Shown here one piece after another: positions 38,482 to 47,778 of a stretch of 56,852 nt of DNA. Position numbers and translations under genes: made by a program. The notes beneath the pieces were generated by a model that did no database searches, was not told where the DNA came from, and saw nothing but the letters and a program-made list of their open reading frames with translations. How positions within the stretch are numbered: the stretch's first letter is position 1; the number at the start of each line of letters is the position of its first letter. The stretch is from Clostridia bacterium (GTDB lineage Bacteria > Bacillota > Clostridia > UMGS1883 > UMGS1540): the NCBI GenBank assembly GCA_045531355.1, contig JAZSDW010000028.1:1-56852 (forward strand), in the 5' to 3' direction.

Positions 38482-39738
38482 TTAGAATAAGATGATTAAA
38501 AACTGCGATATCAAAACAACGGCAATCAGCGCAATCGGATAGGTCGCTGCGTATGCCGCCGCAACCTCTTCCGTACCGGCGGTATTGATAAGCGTGCCGA
38601 GTGCGGGTGTGCTCGTCATGCCGCCTGTAAGCGACCCCAGATTATTGAGGAGGGATAGGCGAAGCACATATTTTGCAAAGAAAAAGCCGATAATCATAGG
38701 CACAGTTGTCATAATGATGCCGTACACAAAGTACATCGCGTCAAAGTTAGCAACAAAATCCGCGCCGCCCGGGATTCCGGCGCCTACAAGGAAGAGAACA
38801 AGCCCCAGCTCGCGCAGAAGCTTTAAGGTAGACTGCTCCGGCATAAGGCTGAGTTTGCCTATCTTTCCGAAATGGCCGAGCAAGAGTGCAACCAAAAGGC
38901 AGCCGCCCGTTGTCGTCAGCGAAAAACAGGTGCCGGAAAGGCCTGCAGATGAAAGCGGGATTTTAATTTTCCCGATTACCATGCCTAAAATGGCAGCGAG
39001 TGAAAATGCCGCAAAGCCGTGGCCGTCGAGCGAGAGAAGTTTCTTTTCTGTCTTTTTCGCATCCACCACGCCGACGCTCGTAATTTTGGCGCGCTCGGCT
39101 GCCATATCAGCCTTCGTCAGCTTCGGAATGAGCTGCACGAAAAGCACAACGCCGATAACGCCGAATATGTAGGCAATTCCGTGGCCGACAGAAACGAGGC
39201 TTGTAAATTCTTCTGCCACCGTGGCCTTCGCCGCGGAAAAGGCAGGCGTTGAGGTGAGCGAGCCGGACATAAGACCGACAATCATCGCCACAAAGCCCTC
39301 GCGACTTTCGATAGAAGCACCATAGCCGATTGCATCACCGATATAAATGCAGGCGATTGCAGAAAGCCCACCGGCCAAAATAACGATAAAGCCGAGAAGA
39401 ACATAGGACTTAAAGTTTTTCTTCATATTGCCGAAGAATTTCGGACCGGCAATAAAACCGACTGAGGTTACGAATAAAACAAGGCCGAGCGTTTCAATAA
39501 TTTCCAGCGCCTTGTCAACAAACGAAACTGCCGCATCGCCCAAAAGAAGCTGATTTTCCAGCGGTGCAAAGCCGAGCGCACCAAATAAAAGTGCCACCAC
39601 AAACACACCCGCATCGCCGAGCGATACGCCGCGCACCGTAATCCGGCCGAGTGCGTAGCCGCCAAACAGAATTGCAAATACGCAAAACATCAGAAAGGTA
39701 ATTCCGGTTACGGGAATTACGCCGCCAAATAATGTCAT
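38482..39738 (-). CDS. AAE (aspartate:alanine exchanger / YidE-like) family permease; putative C4-dicarboxylate transporter
   Basis: Polytopic protein with two internally similar halves. No obvious central TrkA-C domains (418 aa). RBS is AAGGAG. Confidence 0.6.
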   Translation of the reverse strand: MTLFGGVIPVTGITFLMFCVFAILFGGYALGRITVRGVSLGDAGVFVVALLFGALGFAPLENQLLLGDAAVSFVDKALEIIETLGLVLFVTSVGFIAGPKFFGNMKKNFKSYVLLGFIVILAGGLSAIACIYIGDAIGYGASIESREGFVAMIVGLMSGSLTSTPAFSAAKATVAEEFTSLVSVGHGIAYIFGVIGVVLFVQLIPKLTKADMAAERAKITSVGVVDAKKTEKKLLSLDGHGFAAFSLAAILGMVIGKIKIPLSSAGLSGTCFSLTTTGGCLLVALLLGHFGKIGKLSLMPEQSTLKLLRELGLVLFLVGAGIPGGADFVANFDAMYFVYGIIMTTVPMIIGFFFAKYVLRLSLLNNLGSLTGGMTSTPALGTLINTAGTEEVAAAYAATYPIALIAVVLISQFLIILF

Positions 39739-39765
39739 GACAAATCTCCTTTTTTACATACCTTT

Positions 39766-39815
39766 GGGGCTATGGCAAATCTTTCCATTTGCCGTAGCCC
39801 CACCGTTTTCTTTTT
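39766..39815. other. 15-bp stem-loop in the only sizeable gap of the operon
   Basis: ggggctatggcaaat (39766-80) pairs with atttgccgtagcccc (39787-801). A T-rich run follows on the plus strand only. Confidence 0.5.
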
Positions 39816-41412
39816 ATCGTTCGTGCCGTGCGTAATTCGGAAGGAGCATCGGCGACATTCCCTCTTCATGAAGGCCCGCCTTCTCCAGTTCGTCCGCATA
39901 CGCAGCTACATGGTCAAGATTTGCGCTTCCGAGCACCGTTTCCTTCGCGCGCGCGGCCGCGGCCTTGCCCGCGTTTCTGCCGAACACGATAATATCGAGA
40001 AGGGAGTTTCCCATCAGGCGGTTTCTGCCGTGAATACCGCCAACGGCTTCGCCGGCCACAAGCAAGTTCGGAATAGCCTTCGTAAAGCCATCGCCGCCGA
40101 TTTCAAGCCCGCCGTTCTGATAGTGCAGCGTCGGATAAACAAGAATCGGCACTTTGCGCATATCAATGTCGTAGTTAAGATACATACGGAACATTGCCGG
40201 GATTCTCTTTTCAATTGTGCCCGGGCCGCCAATCATTTCAATCATCGGCGTGTCCAGCCATACGCCGCTGCCGAGTGGTGTTTCTACGCCTCGGCCCTCG
40301 GCGCATTCACGAATAATCGCGGATGCGGAAACATCTCTTGTTTCCAGCGGATGCGCATACGCTTCCCCGTCGCGGTTTACGAGCATCGCCCCGAGCGAGC
40401 GGACCTTTTCCGTTACGAGCGCGCCGAAAATCTGTGAGGGATAAGCAACGCCCGTAGGATGATACTGAATCGTATCCTGGTAAAGAAGCGGTGCACCGGC
40501 ACGGTAGCCTAAAATGAGGCCATCGGCGGTGGCGCCGTAATGGTTCGAGGTGGGGAAGTTCTGGTAATGGAGTCTGCCGGCGCCGCCGGTTGCAATCACA
40601 ACGGTTTTGGCGCGGGCCACTAAATAATCTCCGGTTTCCATATTCATAAGAACCGCACCGGCTACCTGTCCCTTGTCGTCCTTCAGAAGTTCAACGGCAG
40701 AGGTAAATTCCACCACCGGAATGCCACGGTTGATAACCTCGTCCCGGAGCGTACGCATAATTTCTGCGCCGGAATAGTCCTTGCACGCGTGCATTCTCTT
40801 GCGGCTTGTGCCGCCGCCGTGTGTTGTGACCATGCGGCCGTCGGCGTCCTTGTCGAACATAACACCGAGGTCGTTAAGCCAGCGAATGGCATCAGGTGCC
40901 TCCATAACGAGGCGACGAAGAAGCTCTGGACGCGCCGCAAAGTGGCCGCCGCCGAACGCATCGAGATAATGCTGCACCGGCGAATCGTTTTCCTTGTCGG
41001 CCGCCTGAATGCCGCCTTCCGCCATCATGGTGTTGGCATCGCCGATGCGAAGCTTTGTGACAATCATCACGCTCGCGCCGGCCTCATGGGCTTCAATCGC
41101 CGCAGAAGACCCGGCACCGCCGCCGCCAATCACCAGCACATCTACATCGTAATCGATTTTGGTAATATCAATGTCCTCGCCTAAAATACGGCTGTTCGAG
41201 TGAAGAAGCTGTGCAAGCTCCTTCGGGGCTTTCTGGCCTTTATTGGGGCCAATCTGTATCGTATCAAACCCATCTTGGCGATAGTCAGGATGGAAAGCCT
41301 TCAGCAGGGTATCCTTCTCTTCCGCCGTCATTCTTCTCGGCTCCGTTTTCATACGCGCTTCGCGTGTGGCTTCCACCTTTTTGATGGATGCAAGCATTTC
41401 TGCAGTAAACAT
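39814..41412 (-). CDS. Soluble fumarate reductase/succinate dehydrogenase-type flavoprotein (FrdA/SdhA/NadB superfamily), non-covalent FAD type
   Basis: GGGGAGSSAA dinucleotide fold, QYHPTG, TEKVRS (Arg kept), TLHYQNGG, GRNRLMGNSL. Asn replaces the FAD-linking His (GDANTMMAEGG compared with RSHTVAAEGG). Confidence 0.75.
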   Translation of the reverse strand: MFTAEMLASIKKVEATREARMKTEPRRMTAEEKDTLLKAFHPDYRQDGFDTIQIGPNKGQKAPKELAQLLHSNSRILGEDIDITKIDYDVDVLVIGGGGAGSSAAIEAHEAGASVMIVTKLRIGDANTMMAEGGIQAADKENDSPVQHYLDAFGGGHFAARPELLRRLVMEAPDAIRWLNDLGVMFDKDADGRMVTTHGGGTSRKRMHACKDYSGAEIMRTLRDEVINRGIPVVEFTSAVELLKDDKGQVAGAVLMNMETGDYLVARAKTVVIATGGAGRLHYQNFPTSNHYGATADGLILGYRAGAPLLYQDTIQYHPTGVAYPSQIFGALVTEKVRSLGAMLVNRDGEAYAHPLETRDVSASAIIRECAEGRGVETPLGSGVWLDTPMIEMIGGPGTIEKRIPAMFRMYLNYDIDMRKVPILVYPTLHYQNGGLEIGGDGFTKAIPNLLVAGEAVGGIHGRNRLMGNSLLDIIVFGRNAGKAAAARAKETVLGSANLDHVAAYADELEKAGLHEEGMSPMLLPNYARHER

Positions 41413-41424
41413 GGCTTTCCCTCC

Positions 41425-42099
41425 TTATTTCTCAATCTCTCTTGTATTATAAAGCTCTTGCATTTCGCTAATCGGCTTTGCCATAACCTTTTCAATCAGC
41501 TCGTCATACGCGCCCTCGTTAATTTCGGCAACGCGTGCAGTAAGGTGCTCTGTCTTCGGAGCAATATATTTACCGACAAGGCGACGGGAAAGAAGACCAA
41601 CCATCGGATGAGAAATGCCGGCCGGGCAACGAACCGAGCAGCAACCGCAGCTTACGCAGTCAAACGATTCCTCGGCACACTTTTCAAATTCGCCGCGCTG
41701 GGCGTAGGCGATATACTGCATAACATTCAGGCTCTGCGTACACGCCTTCGTGCAGGCATTACAGCCGATGCAGCTGTAAATTTCCGGATACAGCTCCATC
41801 ATCACGCGCTGTTCGGGACGGATTTCCTTAATATCATAGGTTCTCTTATCGGTCGGGAAGAACGGGATGCTTGCAACATACATGCCCTCCTGCACCTGCG
41901 TTTGGCACGCGAGACAGGTTTTCAGCTCGTTTTTCCCCTTTATCCGGTAAATCGTTGCGCACGCGCCGCAAAATCCGTGGCGGCAGCCGCAGCCTCTCTT
42001 AAGCGTATAGCCCGCATATTCCATAGCCGTCATAATGGTAAGGTCGCCGGGTACGCTATACTTTTTACCGAAAAAATATACATTTACCATATTTTCCAT
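41425..42099 (-). CDS. SdhB/FrdB-like iron-sulfur subunit
   Basis: 2Fe-2S motif CRHGFCGAC...C, then CIGCNACTKAC and CVSCGCCSVRCP ferredoxin motifs. Ends 12 nt upstream of the flavoprotein gene. Confidence 0.7.
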   Translation of the reverse strand: MENMVNVYFFGKKYSVPGDLTIMTAMEYAGYTLKRGCGCRHGFCGACATIYRIKGKNELKTCLACQTQVQEGMYVASIPFFPTDKRTYDIKEIRPEQRVMMELYPEIYSCIGCNACTKACTQSLNVMQYIAYAQRGEFEKCAEESFDCVSCGCCSVRCPAGISHPMVGLLSRRLVGKYIAPKTEHLTARVAEINEGAYDELIEKVMAKPISEMQELYNTREIEK

Positions 42100-42116
42100 C
42101 GTTTCTGGCTCCTCTC

Positions 42117-42971
42117 TTAATACTCGCTTGGCATTTCATCTATTTCATCGCAGCGGAACACCGGCCCGTCCTTGCAGACATATTTAGAGCCAATATTGCA
42201 TCTGCCGCATTTGCCGACGCCGCACTTCATACGAAGCTCCAATGTGGTATAGACCTGCTCCTTGGAAAATCCCATTTCCATAAGCCCCGCAAGCACAAAT
42301 TTAATCATAATCGGCGGCCCGCAAAGGAGAGCCGTTTTGTCGGTCGAAAAGCCGATTTCCTTAAGGTACGCCGGCACAAAGCCCACATGGCCGTCCCAGC
42401 CTTCCTGTTCCCGGTCAATCGTCAGATAAACATTTACGCCCTCCGTCTTTTCCCAAACCTCGCGGATTTCCTTCAGCTGTACAAGGTCATCTGCCGAGCG
42501 GGAACCGTAGAGGATATCCACTGTTCCATAATCCGCGCGATTGTCAAGTACATAGTTAATTACAGAGCGAAGCGGTGCAAGGCCGATACCGCCGGCAATA
42601 AACAGAAGGTTTTTCCCCTTCAGCTCCGTTTCGACCGGGAAATGATTGCCGTACGGCCCGCGGACGGTAATCTCGTCTCCGACCGAAAGGCTATGGAGAT
42701 AATCTGTAAGCTCGCCGCATTTTTTGATGCTGAATTCCTGAAACTCCAAATTTGTGGGCGAGGAGGTAATCGAGAACATCGCCTCACTCACGCCCGGCGC
42801 ACAAAGCATTGCGCATTGGCCAGGCATGTGTTCAAAAAGCTTCCCGCCGCCCGGCGCATTGACGCGGAAGGTCTTAACATCCGGCGTTTCCTGCCGGATA
42901 TCCGTAATGATGCCTACTTTCGGAATCAGCGTATCTTCATAATACTTGTCATGGCAATTACATTCACACAT
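42117..42971 (-). CDS. FAD/NAD(P)H-binding oxidoreductase with C-terminal 2Fe-2S (FlxA / HydG / AsrB / PyrK-like)
   Basis: FNR-like fold (FSITSSP, FIAGGIGLAPLRS) and C-terminal CGVGKCGRC...C. Confidence 0.75.
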   Translation of the reverse strand: MCECNCHDKYYEDTLIPKVGIITDIRQETPDVKTFRVNAPGGGKLFEHMPGQCAMLCAPGVSEAMFSITSSPTNLEFQEFSIKKCGELTDYLHSLSVGDEITVRGPYGNHFPVETELKGKNLLFIAGGIGLAPLRSVINYVLDNRADYGTVDILYGSRSADDLVQLKEIREVWEKTEGVNVYLTIDREQEGWDGHVGFVPAYLKEIGFSTDKTALLCGPPIMIKFVLAGLMEMGFSKEQVYTTLELRMKCGVGKCGRCNIGSKYVCKDGPVFRCDEIDEMPSEY

Positions 42972-44001
42972 TTTCTTTGCCCTCCTTTTCAGAAAATGCC
43001 TTCATTACTTTTGCAATATTCAGGCCCGTGGGGCACTTTTCCACGCACCGGCCGCAGCCCACGCAAGAGAACATGCCGTCGTACCTTGCCGGATAATACA
43101 CAAGCTTGTGCATAAACCGCTGGCGATATCGTTGCATTTGGCTGGTGCGGTTGTTGCCGTGCGCCATCATCGTAAAGTCTGCATACATGCAGGAGTCCCA
43201 GCAGCGATAGCGCTGCACACCCTGGCTCGTCGTATAATCCTTAATATCGTAGCACTGGCAGGTGGGGCAGACAAAAGTACAGGTCCCACAGGCAATGCAC
43301 GGCTTATACAGCTCTTCCCAAAGGGGAGAGTCAAACTTTTCCTTCTCCACTGCAGCGCCCCAGCCTTCCGTTGTTAAGCCGGCATAGGGGAGGCGTTTCA
43401 TAATTCCGCGGATGCTTTCCTTTTCCGCCTCAACATCCGCCTCGTCGGCAGAAGCAAAAAGTGCTTCGAGCGTTTCGGTCAGCGCTTCGCCCTTTTCGGT
43501 GTTCGCCTTCCAGTAAAGCATATCGCCGATAAAATAGGTGTCAACATCTGCACCCGGTTCGGCACTGTCTATGCCAAAAGTCCCGCAAAAGCAGCTTTCT
43601 TCCGGTGCATGGCACGCGAGCGCCACCACAGTGCCGTGTTCTCTTCTTGCTTTATAGAAGGAATCGACCGGCTCGGAGAGAAAGACATTGTCAAGCACCG
43701 CAAAGCCGCGCGCGTCGCAGGCACGAACGCCAAATACCACAAAGTCCTCGTCCATGCGCTCGCCCGGTGTGACAGAAAGGTGTCCATCCGTCTTTTCACA
43801 GGTATAGAGCGTTTCGCTCTGCGGGAAAAAGACATCTTTTGCAGATTTAACCGTTTTGAGCGTGTCTAAATCCACTTTTGCACCCTCGCTCCAGAGCGCA
43901 AAATTGGTCTGCCCGCCGTCCTCCACCGGCAAAAACAGGCTGGCATTTTCGGAAATGGCGGCAAAAAGCGCCGAAAGCTTTTCCTTTTGTATCTTTTTCA
44001 T
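42964..44001 (-). CDS. Polyferredoxin-type Fe-S protein (FlxB / AsrA / sulfhydrogenase beta-like)
   Basis: CIACGTCTFVCPTCQC and CVGCGRCVEKCP motifs. Start set at ATG 44001 (MKKIQKEKL). Confidence 0.65.
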   Translation of the reverse strand: MKKIQKEKLSALFAAISENASLFLPVEDGGQTNFALWSEGAKVDLDTLKTVKSAKDVFFPQSETLYTCEKTDGHLSVTPGERMDEDFVVFGVRACDARGFAVLDNVFLSEPVDSFYKARREHGTVVALACHAPEESCFCGTFGIDSAEPGADVDTYFIGDMLYWKANTEKGEALTETLEALFASADEADVEAEKESIRGIMKRLPYAGLTTEGWGAAVEKEKFDSPLWEELYKPCIACGTCTFVCPTCQCYDIKDYTTSQGVQRYRCWDSCMYADFTMMAHGNNRTSQMQRYRQRFMHKLVYYPARYDGMFSCVGCGRCVEKCPTGLNIAKVMKAFSEKEGKENV

Positions 44002-44005
44002 ACTG

Positions 44006-44980
44006 TCAACCCCTTTCCCGGCCGGCACCCGGCTCGATATCATCGGTACGGAAATCCGTCAGAGGGCCGCGGGCTTCTGCGTCCGCACCGGCCTGGTATT
44101 CACCATAAAACGCGTCGATGTCGCTGATGAATTTCCGGTTTAAAAGGTGCAAGGGAATATTCTCGGGACAAACGCGGCTACACTCGCCGCAATCGGTACA
44201 TCTTCCCGCCACATGGAAGGCGCGGATGATGTGAAACATCTTTTCTTCAAACGGATCGACATTTGCTTTCTTCGCGCTGTCAAACTTCGTGCTGTCAAAG
44301 ACGCACTTGCGGCAACTGCACGCAGGACATACATTCCGGCAGGCGTTACAGCGGATGCAGCGCGAAAGCTCGCTCTGGAAAAAGGCAAACTTTTCTTCCG
44401 GTGACATCTTCTCGATGGCGCGCACCTTCTCCATACGGTCGGCATCGTTTGTCTCACGGCTCTCGCCGATGATTTCGTCAAAAATCATGTGCGTTTTGCC
44501 TTTGCAGACATGGCACCGCTCGAGCATGGCGTCCCGGTACGGCAGTTCCTTGTCGCCATAAAGCGTTTGCACCTTTAAAGTCTCGCTCGGTGCAAAGGCG
44601 TCTGCTCCCTCGACCGTCAATATGCCGCGGATGCCTGCTTCCTTTATCTTTTCGGCGCTGATTTTCCCTGCACAGCCAACGCCGACAATATATGCCTTTT
44701 CTCTGTCTACTCTGTGTTCCTTTAAAAGCTGGTTAAAACTATAAGTGTCGCAGGGTTTTAAGAACACGAGCGTCTTGCCTTCCTTTTTGGAAGCTTCAAT
44801 CATATATTTACTTAAGTTTGCGCCGCAAAAGCCGTTATACACAAAACTCGAGAGCTCTTCTTCTGTTTCAAAGAACGCCGGCTCGGGATTGTAGGCGAGG
44901 TCGCCATGCTTCCAGCCCAGAACGCGTGCGACCGAGCCATCTGCAAGATGGGCTTTGGCGCATTCGATTACTGCTTGCAT
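44006..44980 (-). CDS. Fe-S protein (FlxC-like)
   Basis: CIRCNACRNVCPACSC and CTDCGECSRVCP motifs. Start at ATG 44980 (MQAVIECAK) follows GGGGGA. The longer tracked ORF overlaps the mvhD-like gene. Confidence 0.6.
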   Translation of the reverse strand: MQAVIECAKAHLADGSVARVLGWKHGDLAYNPEPAFFETEEELSSFVYNGFCGANLSKYMIEASKKEGKTLVFLKPCDTYSFNQLLKEHRVDREKAYIVGVGCAGKISAEKIKEAGIRGILTVEGADAFAPSETLKVQTLYGDKELPYRDAMLERCHVCKGKTHMIFDEIIGESRETNDADRMEKVRAIEKMSPEEKFAFFQSELSRCIRCNACRNVCPACSCRKCVFDSTKFDSAKKANVDPFEEKMFHIIRAFHVAGRCTDCGECSRVCPENIPLHLLNRKFISDIDAFYGEYQAGADAEARGPLTDFRTDDIEPGAGRERG

Positions 44981-45405
44981 CTTAAATCCCCCAATCGTAC
45001 ATTCTCGCCGAGCGAACGGATTTTTTCCACAAAATCGTTCATAACGGCGGAAAAGCGAACGCCCTCGGCAGCGGATACCCATTCTACACGGGTGCGGCCT
45101 TCCTCCACGCCAAGATAGTCGAGCATGGAGAAGAGAAGCGTCATTCTTCTTCTTGCATAATAGTTTCCTGTAGAATAGTGGCAGTCGCCGGGGTGGCACC
45201 CGCAGAGAATGACCCCGTCGGCGCCCTTTTCAAAAGCACGCAGAATGAACATAGGGTTAACTCTGCACGAGCATGGAACGCGGATAATTTTTACATCCGC
45301 CGGATACGAAAGGCGGCTGGAGCCGGCAAGGTCCGCACCGGCATAGCTGCACCAGTTGCAGCAAAACGCAACAATTTTAGGTCTGAATTCTTTTTCTACC
45401 GGCAT
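44968..45405 (-). CDS. MvhD/FlxD-like protein (methyl-viologen-reducing hydrogenase delta subunit family)
   Basis: FCCNWCSYAGADLAG, RVPCSCRV, CGCHPGDCHY. Confidence 0.85.
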   Translation of the reverse strand: MPVEKEFRPKIVAFCCNWCSYAGADLAGSSRLSYPADVKIIRVPCSCRVNPMFILRAFEKGADGVILCGCHPGDCHYSTGNYYARRRMTLLFSMLDYLGVEEGRTRVEWVSAAEGVRFSAVMNDFVEKIRSLGENVRLGDLRCKQ

Positions 45406-47384
45406 ATTGCATCCACCTCCGCAAGAATTTGTCTGTTAGAAAAGCCCTTTAAATCCATCGCGCCGGACGGACAGGCAACCGTACACGCGCCGCATCCCTG
45501 ACAGAGCGCGCTGTTTACAACCGCAATGCGCCGTACCTCACGCACACCGTGGTCATTGATTTCGCGTTCCTCGTATCCAATCGCGCCGTAGGGGCAGACA
45601 TTCTGACAAACGGAGCAGCCGTTACAAAGAAGCGTGTCGGACTCGGCAGTACACGGATTCGTCATAAGCTTATCCTTTGCCAGAAGACCGATAACCTTTA
45701 CTGCCGCCGCGCCTGCCTGCGAAACCGTTTCCGGAATATCCTTCGGCCCCTGGCAAACGCCGGAGAGGAATACGCCGGCCGTCGGCGATTCAACCGGGCG
45801 AAGCTTCGGGTGCGCTTCGGTTAAGAAATTATTCGTATCAATGCTTGCCGCGAGCATGGTGGCAATCTTCCGGACACTCGGCTCCGGCTCAATAGCAGTA
45901 GCCAAAACAACCATGTCCGCATCCATCTGAATCTGACGCTGGTCGAGAAGGTCGGAGGCCTGCACCCGAAGGCGGCCATCGGGCTGGGGCACAACCTTGC
46001 CCACCTGCCCCTTGATATAGTCTACGCCGTATTCCTCCACGGCACGGCGGTAAAACTCGTCAAAATTCTTGCCGGGGGTACGCACATCAATATAGAACAC
46101 CGTCACATGCACATCCGGATACTTATCGCGAATGAGCATGGCGTGCTTTGCGGTATACATGCAGCAGATTTTGGAGCAATACGGCTTTCCCCTGTGGTCG
46201 TCACAACGGCTGCCAACGCACTGCACAAACACAATTTCCTTAGGGGCTTTCCCGTCGGAAAGGCGCTCCAAATGCCCCTTTGTCGGCCCCGCCGCATTCA
46301 TGATGCGCTCAAGCTCTAAAGAGGTAATCACATCCTGACTTTCGCCATACGCATACTCGCCGTACTTTTCGAGATTAATCGTATCAAACCCTGTTGCGAC
46401 GACGATGGCGCCGTACGCTTCGGTAATGATTTCATCCTTCTGGTTATAATCAATCGCGCCTGCCTGGCAAATCTTTTCGCAGAGGCCGCACTTGCCAGTT
46501 TTAAATTTCACGCAAGCCTCGCGGTCAATGACCGGCACATTCGGAATGGCCTGTGCGAAGGGCGTGTAGATTGCGCTTCTTGTGCCGAGACCGCGGTTAA
46601 ATTCGCTCGGCGTCTTTTTCGAAGGACATTTTTCCTGGCAAAGACCGCAGCCGGTGCATTTTGTAATGTCCACGCTTCTGGCCTTCTTCCGGATATCTAC
46701 CGAGAAATTACCGACAAAGCCGGAAACCTTTTCCACTTCGCTATAGGTGTGAATCGTAATATTTTCATGCGCCGCCGCTTCCACCATTTTTGGTGTCAGG
46801 ATACAGGCAGAGCAGTCGAGTGTGGGGAAGGTTTTGTCGAGCTGGCTCATTCTGCCGCCGATGCTCGGCGATTTTTCCACGATGTCGACCTTGTAGCCGG
46901 CGTCGGCAATATCCAGCGCCGTCTGAATGCCCGCAATACCGCCGCCGATAACGAGCGCGCGCTTGGTAACAAGGCTCTCGCCCGGCTTAAGGTGCGTGTT
47001 GAGATGCAATTTCGCAATCGCCGCACGGCCGAGGATGACGGCCTTTTCCGTCGCTTCCTCTATATCCTTATGAATCCACGAGCAATGCTCACGGATGTTG
47101 GCAATTTCCACCATGTAGGGGTTGAGGCCTGCCCGCTCGGCCGCCTTTCTGAAGGTGGCCTCGTGCATACGGGGCGAACAGGAACAAACAACGATACCGG
47201 AAAGGTTTTTCTCTTTGATTGCCGCGGCAATTCTGGCCTGTCCTGCCTCCGAGCACATATACGGATAATCTTCGGCGTGTACTACGCCCGGCTCTTTCCT
47301 TAAAATTTCTGCGACACGCCCGACATCGACCGTTGCCGCGATGTTACTGCCACAATGACAAATAAATACGCCTACCTTCTGCAC
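45396..47384 (-). CDS. hdrA: Heterodisulfide reductase subunit A-like flavoprotein
   Basis: N-terminal FICHCGSNI, FAD fold VIGGGIAGIQTALD, and several CxxCxxCxxxC(P) motifs. GTG start at 47384 follows AGGAGGTG. Confidence 0.85.
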   Translation of the reverse strand: MQKVGVFICHCGSNIAATVDVGRVAEILRKEPGVVHAEDYPYMCSEAGQARIAAAIKEKNLSGIVVCSCSPRMHEATFRKAAERAGLNPYMVEIANIREHCSWIHKDIEEATEKAVILGRAAIAKLHLNTHLKPGESLVTKRALVIGGGIAGIQTALDIADAGYKVDIVEKSPSIGGRMSQLDKTFPTLDCSACILTPKMVEAAAHENITIHTYSEVEKVSGFVGNFSVDIRKKARSVDITKCTGCGLCQEKCPSKKTPSEFNRGLGTRSAIYTPFAQAIPNVPVIDREACVKFKTGKCGLCEKICQAGAIDYNQKDEIITEAYGAIVVATGFDTINLEKYGEYAYGESQDVITSLELERIMNAAGPTKGHLERLSDGKAPKEIVFVQCVGSRCDDHRGKPYCSKICCMYTAKHAMLIRDKYPDVHVTVFYIDVRTPGKNFDEFYRRAVEEYGVDYIKGQVGKVVPQPDGRLRVQASDLLDQRQIQMDADMVVLATAIEPEPSVRKIATMLAASIDTNNFLTEAHPKLRPVESPTAGVFLSGVCQGPKDIPETVSQAGAAAVKVIGLLAKDKLMTNPCTAESDTLLCNGCSVCQNVCPYGAIGYEEREINDHGVREVRRIAVVNSALCQGCGACTVACPSGAMDLKGFSNRQILAEVDAICR

Positions 47385-47388
47385 AAAA

Positions 47389-47778
47389 TCACCTCCTGTT
47401 TCTTCTGAATGCACTGACTAAAAGCTGCTGGGGTGTTTCCGCCTCCACCAGCGTCCCCACAGTATCGGGGGAAAGTCCCTCGCCATCTCTCTGCCGCACG
47501 ACCATCTGTCTGGCCGCGTCAATCAGGCGTGCCGGCTCTACGCTTCTCGGGCAGCGCTCGATGCACGCAAAGCATGCAAGGCATTTCCAGAGAGAAGCGG
47601 AAGAAGCGAGCGCCTCTATGTCGCCGCGAAGCACATAGGACACAAACTGATGGGGCTTTATATCCATTTCCTCGTATGCGGGACAAGTGGCCGAGCACTT
47701 GCCGCATTTCATACATTTATAGGGATTCACACCGCTGATTTCCCGGATGCGTTCCACCTTTGTTTCCGTCGTATTCAC
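47389..47778 (-). CDS. hdrC: Heterodisulfide reductase subunit C-like
   Basis: CMKCGKCSATCP and CLACFACIERCP. Overlaps the hdrB stop by 4 nt. Confidence 0.85.
   Translation of the reverse strand: MNTTETKVERIREISGVNPYKCMKCGKCSATCPAYEEMDIKPHQFVSYVLRGDIEALASSASLWKCLACFACIERCPRSVEPARLIDAARQMVVRQRDGEGLSPDTVGTLVEAETPQQLLVSAFRRNRR

Noticed and set aside
39814-42099. Adenylylsulfate reductase AprAB with a Qmo/Hdr-like partner
   Set aside because: The small subunit has an SdhB-type N-terminal 2Fe-2S motif and is 224 aa long, which is not AprB-like. The flavoprotein keeps the HPT, Arg, His and Arg fumarate residues. No sat or dsr genes are present.
42117-44001. Anaerobic sulfite reductase AsrAB
   Set aside because: The two proteins resemble AsrA/AsrB, but no siroheme subunit AsrC is present. 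They are embedded between mvhD/hdrA and frdB-like genes, so a Flx/HydBG-type electron-input module is the better reading.
44981-45199. Long N-terminal extension of ORF 44006-45199
   Set aside because: The extension overlaps the mvhD-like gene in another frame and has an Arg-rich shadow composition. ATG 44980, with GGGGGA upstream, gives a sensible start.
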